DNA of 64,000 bases from Myxococcota bacterium (GTDB taxonomy: Bacteria > Myxococcota > UBA4151). The stretch spans positions 1-64,000 of the forward strand of contig JAYZBQ010000004.1 in assembly GCA_036338695.1 (NCBI GenBank), written 5' to 3'. Positions 9,373 to 18,097 of this stretch are shown here, one piece after another. Each line of letters opens with the position of its first letter. Positions within the stretch are counted from its first letter, which is position 1. The position numbers were made by a program, and so were the translations under genes. The notes under the pieces were generated by a model. It was given only the letters and a program-made list of their open reading frames with translations. It made no database searches and was not told the origin of the DNA.

Positions 9373-10755
9373 ATGAAAAACGCTGCGGTCGCGCTCGCGT
9401 CGTTGTTGGTCTTGTCGATGAGCTGTACCCCGACGCCTGAGGACTGGGGACAGGCTTCGAGCGCCTATGTGGAGCGTTGTGAGGGCGAGGCCTGCGCCCA
9501 AGGCAACGAGTGCGCAGGAGGATATTGCCTCAAGCCAGAAGACGCTGGCGACGACTACCGCCCTGGTCTTCGCTGCGGTGATGGGTTGGTACAGCGCTGG
9601 GAAGACTGCGATGATGGCAACGACATCAACACCGACAGCTGCCTGACCGGGTGCCGCGCTGCGCGCTGCGGCGACGGGTTTGTGCGCGCCCACCTCACGA
9701 GTCATGACCCGGAGTACGAAGCCTGCGATGATGGCAACCTCGATGACACCGATGGGTGCACCAGCGAGTGCCGTTTGGCGCGTTGCGGTGACGGTTTTGT
9801 GCGAGCGGATTTAGAGCCTGGCGAAGACGGCTATGAAGCCTGCGATGACGGCAATCGGTTCACGCGCGACGCGTGCGTTGACTGTGTCCCGGCGCGCTGC
9901 GGCGACGGGCTCGTTCACGACGGCGTCGAGACCTGCGATGACGGCAACGAGGAGCTCGACGATGGCTGCGTGGCGGACTGCCAGTCCGCGCGCTGCGGTG
10001 ACGGGCACGTACGCGCGGACGTCGAGCCCGGTGGTGTCGGTTACGAGCTCTGCGACGATGGCAACCAAGACCCCGAGGACGCGTGCGGAAACGACTGCTA
10101 CCCGAACGCTCTGCCGCAGGGGCTCGGGTCGGGACCAGACGATCTGGCGCACAGCTGCGGGCAGATCCTTGCGGCGAATCCTCAAGCGGGTGACGGGCTC
10201 TACTGGGTGGACGTAGACGGCGCTCGGCCGACCCCGCCTGCGCAGGTTCGTTGCGATATGCGGACGGATGGTGGCGGCTTTACGCGGATGATCTTGCTGC
10301 ACCAAGACCTGGCCCTTTGGAACGCTTGGACCGACGGACTGATCGGTCAACCCGAAGGCGATGACCCGTTCGGTATCCCGCTCAACTCGATGCAGAAGCC
10401 GTCTGCTGAGCTCGAGGTGTACTTCCGCCGTAACGGCGAGCGCGTGACCCCGATCCTAAGCGGGGTGTCGGCCTCGGTCTGGAACCCGATCGATCGGATT
10501 GAGGAAGCGGCAGGGGCGCTCATCTCGAGGGCGCCGGGCGCTGCGGCGAGCGAATGTTCAGAGCCGATCCTACGCGCAGCGGATCACTGGAACTGGAGCT
10601 TCGCCTCGGCCTCAGGCTGCGCAGCGCCAGGAGCTGGAGGCGTGGTGGTGTATGGCGATCCAGAGAATGACCTAGGCGACGCAGCGGTGCGGTTCCAAGG
10701 ACCGGCGATGGAGGCGGCGGAGCCGTTCGAGAGCCTGGAGGTTTGGGTTCGATGA
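9373..10755 (+). CDS. Lipoprotein with 5 DUF4215 repeats and a fibrinogen-like domain (paralog of 5754..7061)
   Basis: GAGGAG RBS; lipobox LSMSC; AHSC..DGLYWV..RCDMRTDGGGF; ends LEVWVR versus IEVLVR in the paralog. Confidence 0.85.
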   Translation: MKNAAVALASLLVLSMSCTPTPEDWGQASSAYVERCEGEACAQGNECAGGYCLKPEDAGDDYRPGLRCGDGLVQRWEDCDDGNDINTDSCLTGCRAARCGDGFVRAHLTSHDPEYEACDDGNLDDTDGCTSECRLARCGDGFVRADLEPGEDGYEACDDGNRFTRDACVDCVPARCGDGLVHDGVETCDDGNEELDDGCVADCQSARCGDGHVRADVEPGGVGYELCDDGNQDPEDACGNDCYPNALPQGLGSGPDDLAHSCGQILAANPQAGDGLYWVDVDGARPTPPAQVRCDMRTDGGGFTRMILLHQDLALWNAWTDGLIGQPEGDDPFGIPLNSMQKPSAELEVYFRRNGERVTPILSGVSASVWNPIDRIEEAAGALISRAPGAAASECSEPILRAADHWNWSFASASGCAAPGAGGVVVYGDPENDLGDAAVRFQGPAMEAAEPFESLEVWVR

Positions 10756-12533
10756 TGCTTCTGGCTGCAGCGTCGCTGCTTTTAGCAGATTTTCAGATGG
10801 GTCAATATGAGATGGCCGGAACCGCCAAGGACATCTCTTATCTGGGCTGGCATGGCGCGCCGACGAGCACCGAGCAGAGCACGGCGCTCACGAAGCTGCT
10901 CTCGCAGGCTGCGCGCACCGCAGGGCACAGGCTGCGCTCGGTGGCGCGTACGCAGCCAGCGGTTGATGACCTGGTTCAGCAGCAGGCGCTCGAGCTGGAG
11001 GTCTTGCTCGGGCTCGCAGGGCGTGCGGCTGAGCGAGCGCAGGGAGTCCTGCAGCTCCATCTTGGTCGACCCAGCCAGTTGTTGCGAAGCCATCAGCGCA
11101 GCTGTCGCTTATTTTACGCGGCGGCGGCCGCCTTTGAGCTCAACAGCCAAAAGCGTGCCGTCGACTTGATGCTCGGAGGGTTGGCGGGCTGCCGTGATGA
11201 CGGGCTCACCCACCTCGGCTGGTCGAGCGACTCGCTCGCAGCGCGCCTTAAAGGGATGCGGCAAGAGGGTGAGGCGACCCTGACGATTAAGGCGAGCGTT
11301 CCGGGTGCCCAGGCTTATCTCGACGGATTGTTTTTGGGCGCTCTGCCGGTCAAGGTGACCGGCATCCCAGCCGGTCGCCATCAGCTGCAGCTGGTGAGCG
11401 GGGCGGCGGGGCTGGCGATGGAGGTGGAGCTCAAGCCCGATCAGGTCGCACGCTTGGAGTTGACGGAGCCACAGCATGGACTCCCCGGTCTCTCCGATGG
11501 ACGACTCAGCGCCGCGGAGCTCAAAGCGCTCGCTAAAAACCTACCGCGCGGGGTTGGGCGCGGCTTGATCGTGCTCGGTAGCCGCTCGGGGTTATCGGCG
11601 CTGATCTTTAGCGCGAGCCAGGCGTTGGTCGTCCAAGGGCGCTCTGAGCAGGCGCTCGCCGCCGCCGTGCAGAACGGGTTGAAGTCGCTGCAGCCGCTGC
11701 CTCCAGGTGGGCTCGTCCTCAAAGGCGTTGCGGTCAGCGAGGGCGTCCCTGAGCGTAGCTTTGAGCGGATGCGACAGGCGGCCAGCCGCGATGAGCTCCC
11801 AGCGCCCACCGACGAGCTGGTGCGAGGGATGGTGAACTACGCAGCGCAAGCCACGGGGCGCTCAGCCTCGGAGCTGCGAGCGAAGGTTGAGCTGAGTCAA
11901 AAGCGCGGCGCGTGGCGAGCTCAGCGCGGGCATTGGTTGGTGCTTGGCGACCTCGAGCTGAGCAGCTCGAGCGCACTGGGTGTCGGCGGAGGTGTCTCGG
12001 CGCTGCGGCTGCAGCCGGCGACGACGTCGAGTCTGTGGTATGCGCTTGGCGTCCGCCTGCACGCAGGCGGCGCAGGGGCTTCCCCGAGCGGTGATGACTG
12101 GGACCCGATGCGCTATCCGATGGACCCGATCACTGCGACGGAGCCGACCTTAGAGGAGCGCATTCGTCTCGAGGGGGCAGGTCGCTTCGGCGTCGACGCG
12201 CTCGCAGGTGTCGGCTTCCAGCTCGGCAGCGATCTTCGGCTTCTGGCGCTGGCGGAGGGGGGCTGGCGCCAGGTCCAGGCCGACCTGGTCCATGAGCAGT
12301 ACGTCGTGGGTGAGGACGGCTCAACGAAAGAGCTGCGCCGAACGGGCGCGTTCCCATGGGGAGGGCGTCGTTTCGGCGCTCGGATGCTCGGCGTGTATGG
12401 TCTGGGTGCTTGGCAGGTCGGCGGCTCACTCGCCTGGTCGATGTCGCAGTTTCCAGCCGTTGAGCTCGACTTGGTGATCCCTGCCTCGAGCCAGAGCGTG
12501 CGGCTCGGTCTGGTTGTAGGCCGCCGCTTCTAG
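10752..12533 (+). CDS. PEGA-domain protein with probable C-terminal beta-barrel (paralog of 7058..9298)
   Basis: ATGA overlap; PEGA motif PGAQAYLDG..LG.LP..IPAGRH; shares L.ER.R, HEQY, FPW.G; ends GRRF. Confidence 0.8.
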   Translation: MMLLAAASLLLADFQMGQYEMAGTAKDISYLGWHGAPTSTEQSTALTKLLSQAARTAGHRLRSVARTQPAVDDLVQQQALELEVLLGLAGRAAERAQGVLQLHLGRPSQLLRSHQRSCRLFYAAAAAFELNSQKRAVDLMLGGLAGCRDDGLTHLGWSSDSLAARLKGMRQEGEATLTIKASVPGAQAYLDGLFLGALPVKVTGIPAGRHQLQLVSGAAGLAMEVELKPDQVARLELTEPQHGLPGLSDGRLSAAELKALAKNLPRGVGRGLIVLGSRSGLSALIFSASQALVVQGRSEQALAAAVQNGLKSLQPLPPGGLVLKGVAVSEGVPERSFERMRQAASRDELPAPTDELVRGMVNYAAQATGRSASELRAKVELSQKRGAWRAQRGHWLVLGDLELSSSSALGVGGGVSALRLQPATTSSLWYALGVRLHAGGAGASPSGDDWDPMRYPMDPITATEPTLEERIRLEGAGRFGVDALAGVGFQLGSDLRLLALAEGGWRQVQADLVHEQYVVGEDGSTKELRRTGAFPWGGRRFGARMLGVYGLGAWQVGGSLAWSMSQFPAVELDLVIPASSQSVRLGLVVGRRF

Positions 12534-12652
12534 GCGCAGGGATGGTGCCCCTGCCCTGGGTGCCGAAGCGAAACAGCAACACAACGTTTCGAAACCAACA
12601 TTTTTGAGGTGCCCGATTTGGGTTATGGTGCCTGCGAGCGCGCGGAGGCTTG

Positions 12653-13906
12653 ATGCGGAAATTGGGTCTGATCTTGGTGATGGTGGCATGCTCTGAGCCA
12701 ATCGCTGAACCGACGGGTTTTAGTGGCTTGGGCGCGCGCTGCGGTCCGACGCAGCCTTGCGCTGAAGGCCTGCGCTGCGCAGGCGGTTTGTGCTTAGCCG
12801 CCGTGCGCGATGGTGGCGCGGCTCTTGAGGACGTTGGCTCTTCGCCGATGGACGCCGGCGAGGCGACTGACACCGGGAGCAGCCCGGCACACGATGCAGG
12901 CGCCGAGCGGGTCGTTGGCGTGCAATGGGCGAGGCCTGATGGACGCGTGTCGATCGAGGAGGGGGAGCGACTCGACGCGGCGGTGGAGGTGTCGGGCGAT
13001 GATCTGAGCGGTTTGACGCTGCGCTGGAGCAGCTCGCTCGATGGGGTGATCGGCGACGATCAGATCCCGCCGACGGGGCGCGTCGTGCGCAGCATCTTGC
13101 TGCGTGAGCGGGGCGTGCATGAGCTGCGCGTTGAGGTGCTTGATGGGGAGCGCTCGCTCGCTGACGCCACGCGCCGGGTCGGCGTCTGTGGTTGGCAGGT
13201 GATCGGCGACTTCAACGCCGACCTTGAAGGCTGGCAACGCTTTGGCGACGCTCAGCGTGACCCGCGCGGTTGGCTCGAGCTGACGGGTAATGCGCGCGGC
13301 CGGAAGGGCGCAATTTACAAGGTCAGTGAGAGCATCGAGCCGGGCAATGTGCAGCTCGCGTTTCGCATCAGCACCGGGCAGTGTGATGAGCCCGGACCCT
13401 GTCAGTTTAACGCCAACAACGCGGCGGACGGTTTCGCGATGAACATTTGGGATGTGGAGTCGCCCGAGGCGCTCGCTGACTTGTTCGATGTGGCGTCGAC
13501 CGGCGGCGGCTTAGCCTATGGAGTAGGCGGCGCGTGGGGTGACTGGGTCGGCAACGCGTTCCATATCGAGTTTGACACCTGGTACAACCAGTTCAACGGT
13601 GGCAACGAGTTCCACACAGACCCTACGCGCCAGAACCACGTCGCCATCACCTTAGACGGTGACCCGGGTAACCACGTCGCGGTGGCGGAAACGCCGGCTA
13701 TTGAGGACAACGCGTGGCACGAGGTCGAACTCGTGATTCGTGGAGACCGGGTGCGCGTCGACCTGGACGGGCGCTCGGTGATCGATCAGCGCGTGGAGGG
13801 GCTCGACTTCAAAGGCGGCTATATCGGCTTTAGTGGCACGACCGGCTACTACACCAACTTTCACCGATTTGATGACCTGCGGACACGCCCGGCGTGTGAG
13901 CCTTAG
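12653..13906 (+). CDS. Lipoprotein with Ig-like segment and L-type (legume) lectin domain
   Basis: GGAGG RBS; lipobox MVAC; ADGFA, GGGLAY, IEFDTWYN, NHVAI, WHEV, GFSGTTG..H lectin motifs. Confidence 0.85.
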   Translation: MRKLGLILVMVACSEPIAEPTGFSGLGARCGPTQPCAEGLRCAGGLCLAAVRDGGAALEDVGSSPMDAGEATDTGSSPAHDAGAERVVGVQWARPDGRVSIEEGERLDAAVEVSGDDLSGLTLRWSSSLDGVIGDDQIPPTGRVVRSILLRERGVHELRVEVLDGERSLADATRRVGVCGWQVIGDFNADLEGWQRFGDAQRDPRGWLELTGNARGRKGAIYKVSESIEPGNVQLAFRISTGQCDEPGPCQFNANNAADGFAMNIWDVESPEALADLFDVASTGGGLAYGVGGAWGDWVGNAFHIEFDTWYNQFNGGNEFHTDPTRQNHVAITLDGDPGNHVAVAETPAIEDNAWHEVELVIRGDRVRVDLDGRSVIDQRVEGLDFKGGYIGFSGTTGYYTNFHRFDDLRTRPACEP

Positions 13907-14794
13907 CTAGGGCAGCACGCGCTCAAGCGCGGCGGCGTTCTTCACCCAGATCTCACCGTACGCCTTGGTGCGTCGGTCGCCGTTGTCACTCTGCCAGCGC
14001 CCGACCGCAAAGTTTCCGGTGATGACTTGGTCTCGATCGCTCCCGATCCCGATGAACGAGTCCGGCGTGTGGCAGTCGTTCTGCTCGTTGCCGAGGATCC
14101 CAAAGCGTAGACGGTGGCGAACGTTGATGCCCTCGGCGTTGCAGTTGGGTTGGAGCGAGGTCAGCGGGATCAGCGAGCGCCAGCGGTCGCGCCCGAGCTC
14201 CGTCAGGTGCTCGTCACCTCGTACCATCAGCTGGCGCATGCTCGACGCCTCATGACGGAGGGTGAGGTAGCGCGTGGTGCCATCGCCCTCCTCCGCGTCC
14301 TCGTCCACACGAAGACCGACGCGCAGGTCGGTGAAGGGGAGCTGCAGGTAGCCGGCATTTTTCATCTGACCGGGCCCTGGCGCGACCTCGTCTTCGTTCA
14401 AGAGCACGCTGTTGTACCAGATCGCCTCGTCGTATTTGAACGTCGTCTCATGACCGTCGACTTTCAGGATCAGCGTCCACGGTCCATCGTCCGCGTCGAG
14501 GTCGCAATAGGCGAGGAAGGCGTTGTCCGTTGAGCCGCCGACGGGGTTGAGCCAGTAGGCGTCGCTCGCAAGCTCGGGGTGTTCTTGAGCGAGGACCTCG
14601 CAGCTCAGCGCTGCGTCTTCCGGGCGCTCTCCGGCGCCTGGTAAGTGCACGACCGAGGCGTCGAGCGCAGCGGCTACGTCAGCCCCAACGCCTGTATCGA
14701 TCACGGAAGCCACAGGTCCGCTGGGGGGTTCGGCGGGCTCTTGGCAGGCGAGCGTCACGGCGGAGAGCAGTAAGCCGGTTGCGAAGCGTTTCAT
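13907..14794 (-). CDS. Fibrinogen-like (YCDxxxxG.W) lipoprotein
   Basis: Lipobox TLAC; ALSC..YWL..AYCDLDADDGPWTLILK; NCNAEGIN, RFGILGNEQNDCHTPDSFIGIG. Confidence 0.8.
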   Translation of the reverse strand: MKRFATGLLLSAVTLACQEPAEPPSGPVASVIDTGVGADVAAALDASVVHLPGAGERPEDAALSCEVLAQEHPELASDAYWLNPVGGSTDNAFLAYCDLDADDGPWTLILKVDGHETTFKYDEAIWYNSVLLNEDEVAPGPGQMKNAGYLQLPFTDLRVGLRVDEDAEEGDGTTRYLTLRHEASSMRQLMVRGDEHLTELGRDRWRSLIPLTSLQPNCNAEGINVRHRLRFGILGNEQNDCHTPDSFIGIGSDRDQVITGNFAVGRWQSDNGDRRTKAYGEIWVKNAAALERVLP

Positions 14795-14847
14795 GTTGGG
14801 AGATTTAGTCCAAAGCCGGAGTCGACGCTAGGTGGAGCCCGCAATTG

Positions 14848-15783
14848 ATGAACGTTGACAGCGTGTTCGTATCGTCCGCCCCGGGCGCTCGGCTTCACCT
14901 CAGGCATTTTGTGGGCGCGGGAGCGCCGGTCCTCCTCGTGCATGGCGCCATCGAAAATGGGCGTATTTTCTACTCTCGAGGGGGCAAAGGCTTAGCCCCG
15001 TTTCTTCAGTCCTTGGGGTATGACGTCTACGTCCTTGACCTGCGCGGGCGAGGGTCAAGCCAGCCGGCACCCCAGCGCGACGCACACCACGGTCAGCATG
15101 AGAGCATCTGCGTGGACCTTCCAGCCGCTTCCGATTTCATCCTGAGGCAACGACCCGACGCTCAGCAGATCTGGATGAGTCACTCGTGGGGGGGTGTTTT
15201 GCAGATGAGCGCGTTGGCTCGCTTTAAGCACCTGAGGGAACGGACCGCTGCGGTCGTTCACTTTGCCGTCAAGCGAGCGATCACGGTCAGGAGTTTTGAG
15301 CGGCTCGTGCGCGTGGAGCTCGGCTGGAAGCGGCTCTTGCCTTGGGTCACGCGTGCGCTCGGGTACCTCCCCGCCGACAAGCTCGGGATTGGTTCGGATA
15401 TCGAGACCCACGACAGCCTGATGGCGAGCATCCGCTGGGTGGGGACGGGCGCCTGGATCGACCCGCGTGACGGCTTTGATTACGGGAGCGCTGCCCAGCA
15501 ATGCGCGTTCCCGCCCTCGTTGTGGTTGACAGGGGCTGCGGACACGCTCTTAGGGCACCCTCAGGACGTGATCCGGTTTATGGGTGAGTGCGGCGTGAAT
15601 GAATCCTCATTCATTCTTTTGGGTCGTGGCTCGGGTGCGCTGCATGATTACGACCATATCGACCTGCTGACGCACGAGCACGCGCCGCAGGACCACTTTC
15701 CGCGGGTCTCGGCCTGGCTAAATGACGTCATGAACGCTAGCTTGAGTGAGGATTCATTCACAGCGGGCAGGGAGACGACGTGA
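14848..15783 (+). CDS. Alpha/beta hydrolase (lipase/esterase-like)
   Basis: LLVHG, DLRGRG, nucleophile elbow SHSWGG, D..L, YDHID. Confidence 0.88.
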   Translation: MNVDSVFVSSAPGARLHLRHFVGAGAPVLLVHGAIENGRIFYSRGGKGLAPFLQSLGYDVYVLDLRGRGSSQPAPQRDAHHGQHESICVDLPAASDFILRQRPDAQQIWMSHSWGGVLQMSALARFKHLRERTAAVVHFAVKRAITVRSFERLVRVELGWKRLLPWVTRALGYLPADKLGIGSDIETHDSLMASIRWVGTGAWIDPRDGFDYGSAAQQCAFPPSLWLTGAADTLLGHPQDVIRFMGECGVNESSFILLGRGSGALHDYDHIDLLTHEHAPQDHFPRVSAWLNDVMNASLSEDSFTAGRETT

Positions 15784-16763
15784 TCGATCGATTTATGGAG
15801 CACACAGGCGCGCAGGTGCCGCTGATCTGTGGCGCGATGTATCCCTGCTCGAACCCGGAGCTGATCGCAGCGGTCTCAGGCGCCGGCGGGATCGGCGTCA
15901 TTCAGCCGATCTCGATGAGCTACGTGCACGGGCACGATCTGCGTGAAGGGATCCGGTTGATCCAGTCGATGACCGACAACCCGGTTGGGTTCAACGCGCT
16001 GATCGAAAAGAGCGTGAGCGCCTATGAAGAGCGCATGAAGCGGTGGATCGACATCGCCCTCGAAGAGGGCGTTCGGTTCTTTATCACCGCGCTCGGCAAT
16101 CCGCGCTGGGTCGTCGACAAAGTCCACGCGGTCGGCGGCGTCGTCTACCACGACGTGACGGAGCGAAAGTGGGCGCTCAAGGCGCTCGACGGCGGCGTGG
16201 ATGGACTCATCTGCGTGAACGGACGAGCCGGTGGTCATGCGGGGACCCACTCACCGGCGGAGCTGTTCGAGAGCATGGCGGACCTCGGCGTGCCCTTAGT
16301 GTGCGCCGGCGGGGTCGGTGATGAGCGTCAGTTTGTGGACGCGCTGCAGCTCGGATACGGCGCGGTCCAGCTCGGGACCCGCTTTATCGCCACCCAAGAG
16401 TGTCGGGCGCATGCCGATTACAAGACGGCGATCGTCGATGCTGCGGCAGAGGACATCGTCCTGACGACCCGGATCTCAGGTGTCCCGGTCTCGGTGATCA
16501 AGACCCCGTACATTGAACGGGTCGGGACCGAGACCGGCTGGGTGGCGCGCAAGCTGCTCAAACACCGCAAAGCCAAGCATTGGATGCGCACCTACTATGC
16601 GGTCAAGAGCATGCTGCAGCTCAAGAAAGCGAGCCTTCGAGGGCTCGACTACAAAGACTACTTCCAGGCGGGCAAGAGCGTCGATGGGATCGAGCGTGTC
16701 GAGCCGGCAGGGGACGTCGTTGAGCGCTTCGCTCAGGCGGCGCGCGCTGGCGCTCTGTACTAG
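15780..16763 (+). CDS. Nitronate monooxygenase / FabK-like flavin oxidoreductase
   Basis: AVSGAGGIG, AGGHAG, AGGVGD, QLGTRFIAT.E, QAGKSV. Confidence 0.9.
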   Translation: MIDRFMEHTGAQVPLICGAMYPCSNPELIAAVSGAGGIGVIQPISMSYVHGHDLREGIRLIQSMTDNPVGFNALIEKSVSAYEERMKRWIDIALEEGVRFFITALGNPRWVVDKVHAVGGVVYHDVTERKWALKALDGGVDGLICVNGRAGGHAGTHSPAELFESMADLGVPLVCAGGVGDERQFVDALQLGYGAVQLGTRFIATQECRAHADYKTAIVDAAAEDIVLTTRISGVPVSVIKTPYIERVGTETGWVARKLLKHRKAKHWMRTYYAVKSMLQLKKASLRGLDYKDYFQAGKSVDGIERVEPAGDVVERFAQAARAGALY

Positions 16764-17473
16764 ATGACCTTGAGGGCGTAGCGGGCGACAGCCCACATGT
16801 GAACGGCTAGGTGGGCGATCACGGTGAGGTGAAAGATTTCGTGGTAGCCAAATCGCTTGGCGTTTCGGCCAGGCCACGCCAGCGCGTAGAACACCGCGCC
16901 GATGCTCAGCACGATCCCGGTCCCGAGCATGGCGAGGATGGTGTCTGTGCCGACGTGGGTCTCGAGCTCCTTATAGATCAACATCCCGGACCAACTCATC
17001 GCGATGTACAACACGACGCTGAGCATGCGCGGCGCCATCACCCAGACGAGCTTGAAGAACCCGCCTAAGACCGTGACCACCCAGAAGATGGCGATCAGTC
17101 TCTGTGAGAGCGGCGAGTTGAGCAACAAGAGGGCGTAGCCCGTGTACACGCCGGCGATCACGACAAAGATCATCGTGTGGTCAACTCGCCGCATCCAGAC
17201 GCGCACTTCCGGGTGCCAGTTGATGGTGTGGTAAGCGCCCGAGACGGTGAAGAGCGCCGTGATCGAGCCCAGGCTCATGAAGCCTGCGAGCCAGTTCAGA
17301 CCCGGCTCGGTGCGCCACAGCACCGCGACGGTAAAGAGGAGGCTCAGGTAGCCGGCGTAACGGTGGCTCAAGCCACGCCAAGCCGGTTTGGAGCCCGGGT
17401 CGCCCATCGCCGCAGCGAGCGCCGCATTTTGTTCGGCGATGGTCTTGCTGAGATCCGCAGGCTTGGCGTTCAT
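16760..17473 (-). CDS. Hemolysin III/PAQR family membrane protein
   Basis: About 7 TM segments; S..YH, RRVDH..IF..IAG.YT, GYHEIFH motifs. Confidence 0.9.
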   Translation of the reverse strand: MNAKPADLSKTIAEQNAALAAAMGDPGSKPAWRGLSHRYAGYLSLLFTVAVLWRTEPGLNWLAGFMSLGSITALFTVSGAYHTINWHPEVRVWMRRVDHTMIFVVIAGVYTGYALLLLNSPLSQRLIAIFWVVTVLGGFFKLVWVMAPRMLSVVLYIAMSWSGMLIYKELETHVGTDTILAMLGTGIVLSIGAVFYALAWPGRNAKRFGYHEIFHLTVIAHLAVHMWAVARYALKVI

Positions 17474-17546
17474 AGTAGACAGAGTACGCTGTCCTGCGCT
17501 CAGGTGCCACTTATTGGATGGGGCGCTGGTCAAGGGGGGTGAGCGG

Positions 17547-18038
17547 ATGAGACGTGCGATGATCCTTACGGTCGCTGTGGTCGGCTGCGGCGATGTGCCA
17601 GGAGGGGAGCCTTGCGCCGGCGCTGCGTGCGGCCCGGGCGCTCGGGTGGCGTTGACCGCCCAGGCTGGCTTTGGGGTTTTACGATGCCAGGGCGAGGCGA
17701 CCGACTGCGTCATCGACTTTGGGGTCGTCGCGCCCGGTGAGTCGGTGGAGAGCTGGACGGACCTGACCAATACGGGGGACCAAACGCTCCAGCTGCGCGC
17801 TTTTGAGCTGAGCGGACCGGTCTTTGAGGCGCAGCTTCCAGCGGTTGAGCTCGAGCCCGGCGAGGCGCTGAGCTTCCGAGTGCGCGCCCGTCTCGATCAA
17901 GCAAGCAGCAGCGAGGAGCGCTCACTGCGTCTTGAGAGCAACGCCGTGAACGGCGCGAGCGCCGAGGGGTGCGATGACCCTGCATCGCCTTGTCGAGCCG
18001 TATCGATCCTCCTGAAGGTGCGCACAGATTCCTCCTAG
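17547..18038 (+). CDS. Lipoprotein with Ig-like (ASH/choice-of-anchor-D-like) domain
   Basis: Lipobox VVGC; IDFGVV.PG..LTNTGDQTL..LEPGE..L.LESN. Confidence 0.7.
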   Translation: MRRAMILTVAVVGCGDVPGGEPCAGAACGPGARVALTAQAGFGVLRCQGEATDCVIDFGVVAPGESVESWTDLTNTGDQTLQLRAFELSGPVFEAQLPAVELEPGEALSFRVRARLDQASSSEERSLRLESNAVNGASAEGCDDPASPCRAVSILLKVRTDSS

Positions 18039-18057
18039 CGCGTGTTGAACGATCGAC

Positions 18058-18071
18058 TAGAACGTGTTTCA
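18058..18071. promoter_or_regulatory. Palindromic operator TAGAACGTGTTTCA matching TnnAACnnGTTnnA
   Basis: Intergenic, 26 bp upstream of the esterase start; same pattern as the actinobacterial KstR (TetR-family) box. Confidence 0.45.
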
Positions 18072-18097
18072 ACGTGCCGAGTTGATCGGGAGGCTGC

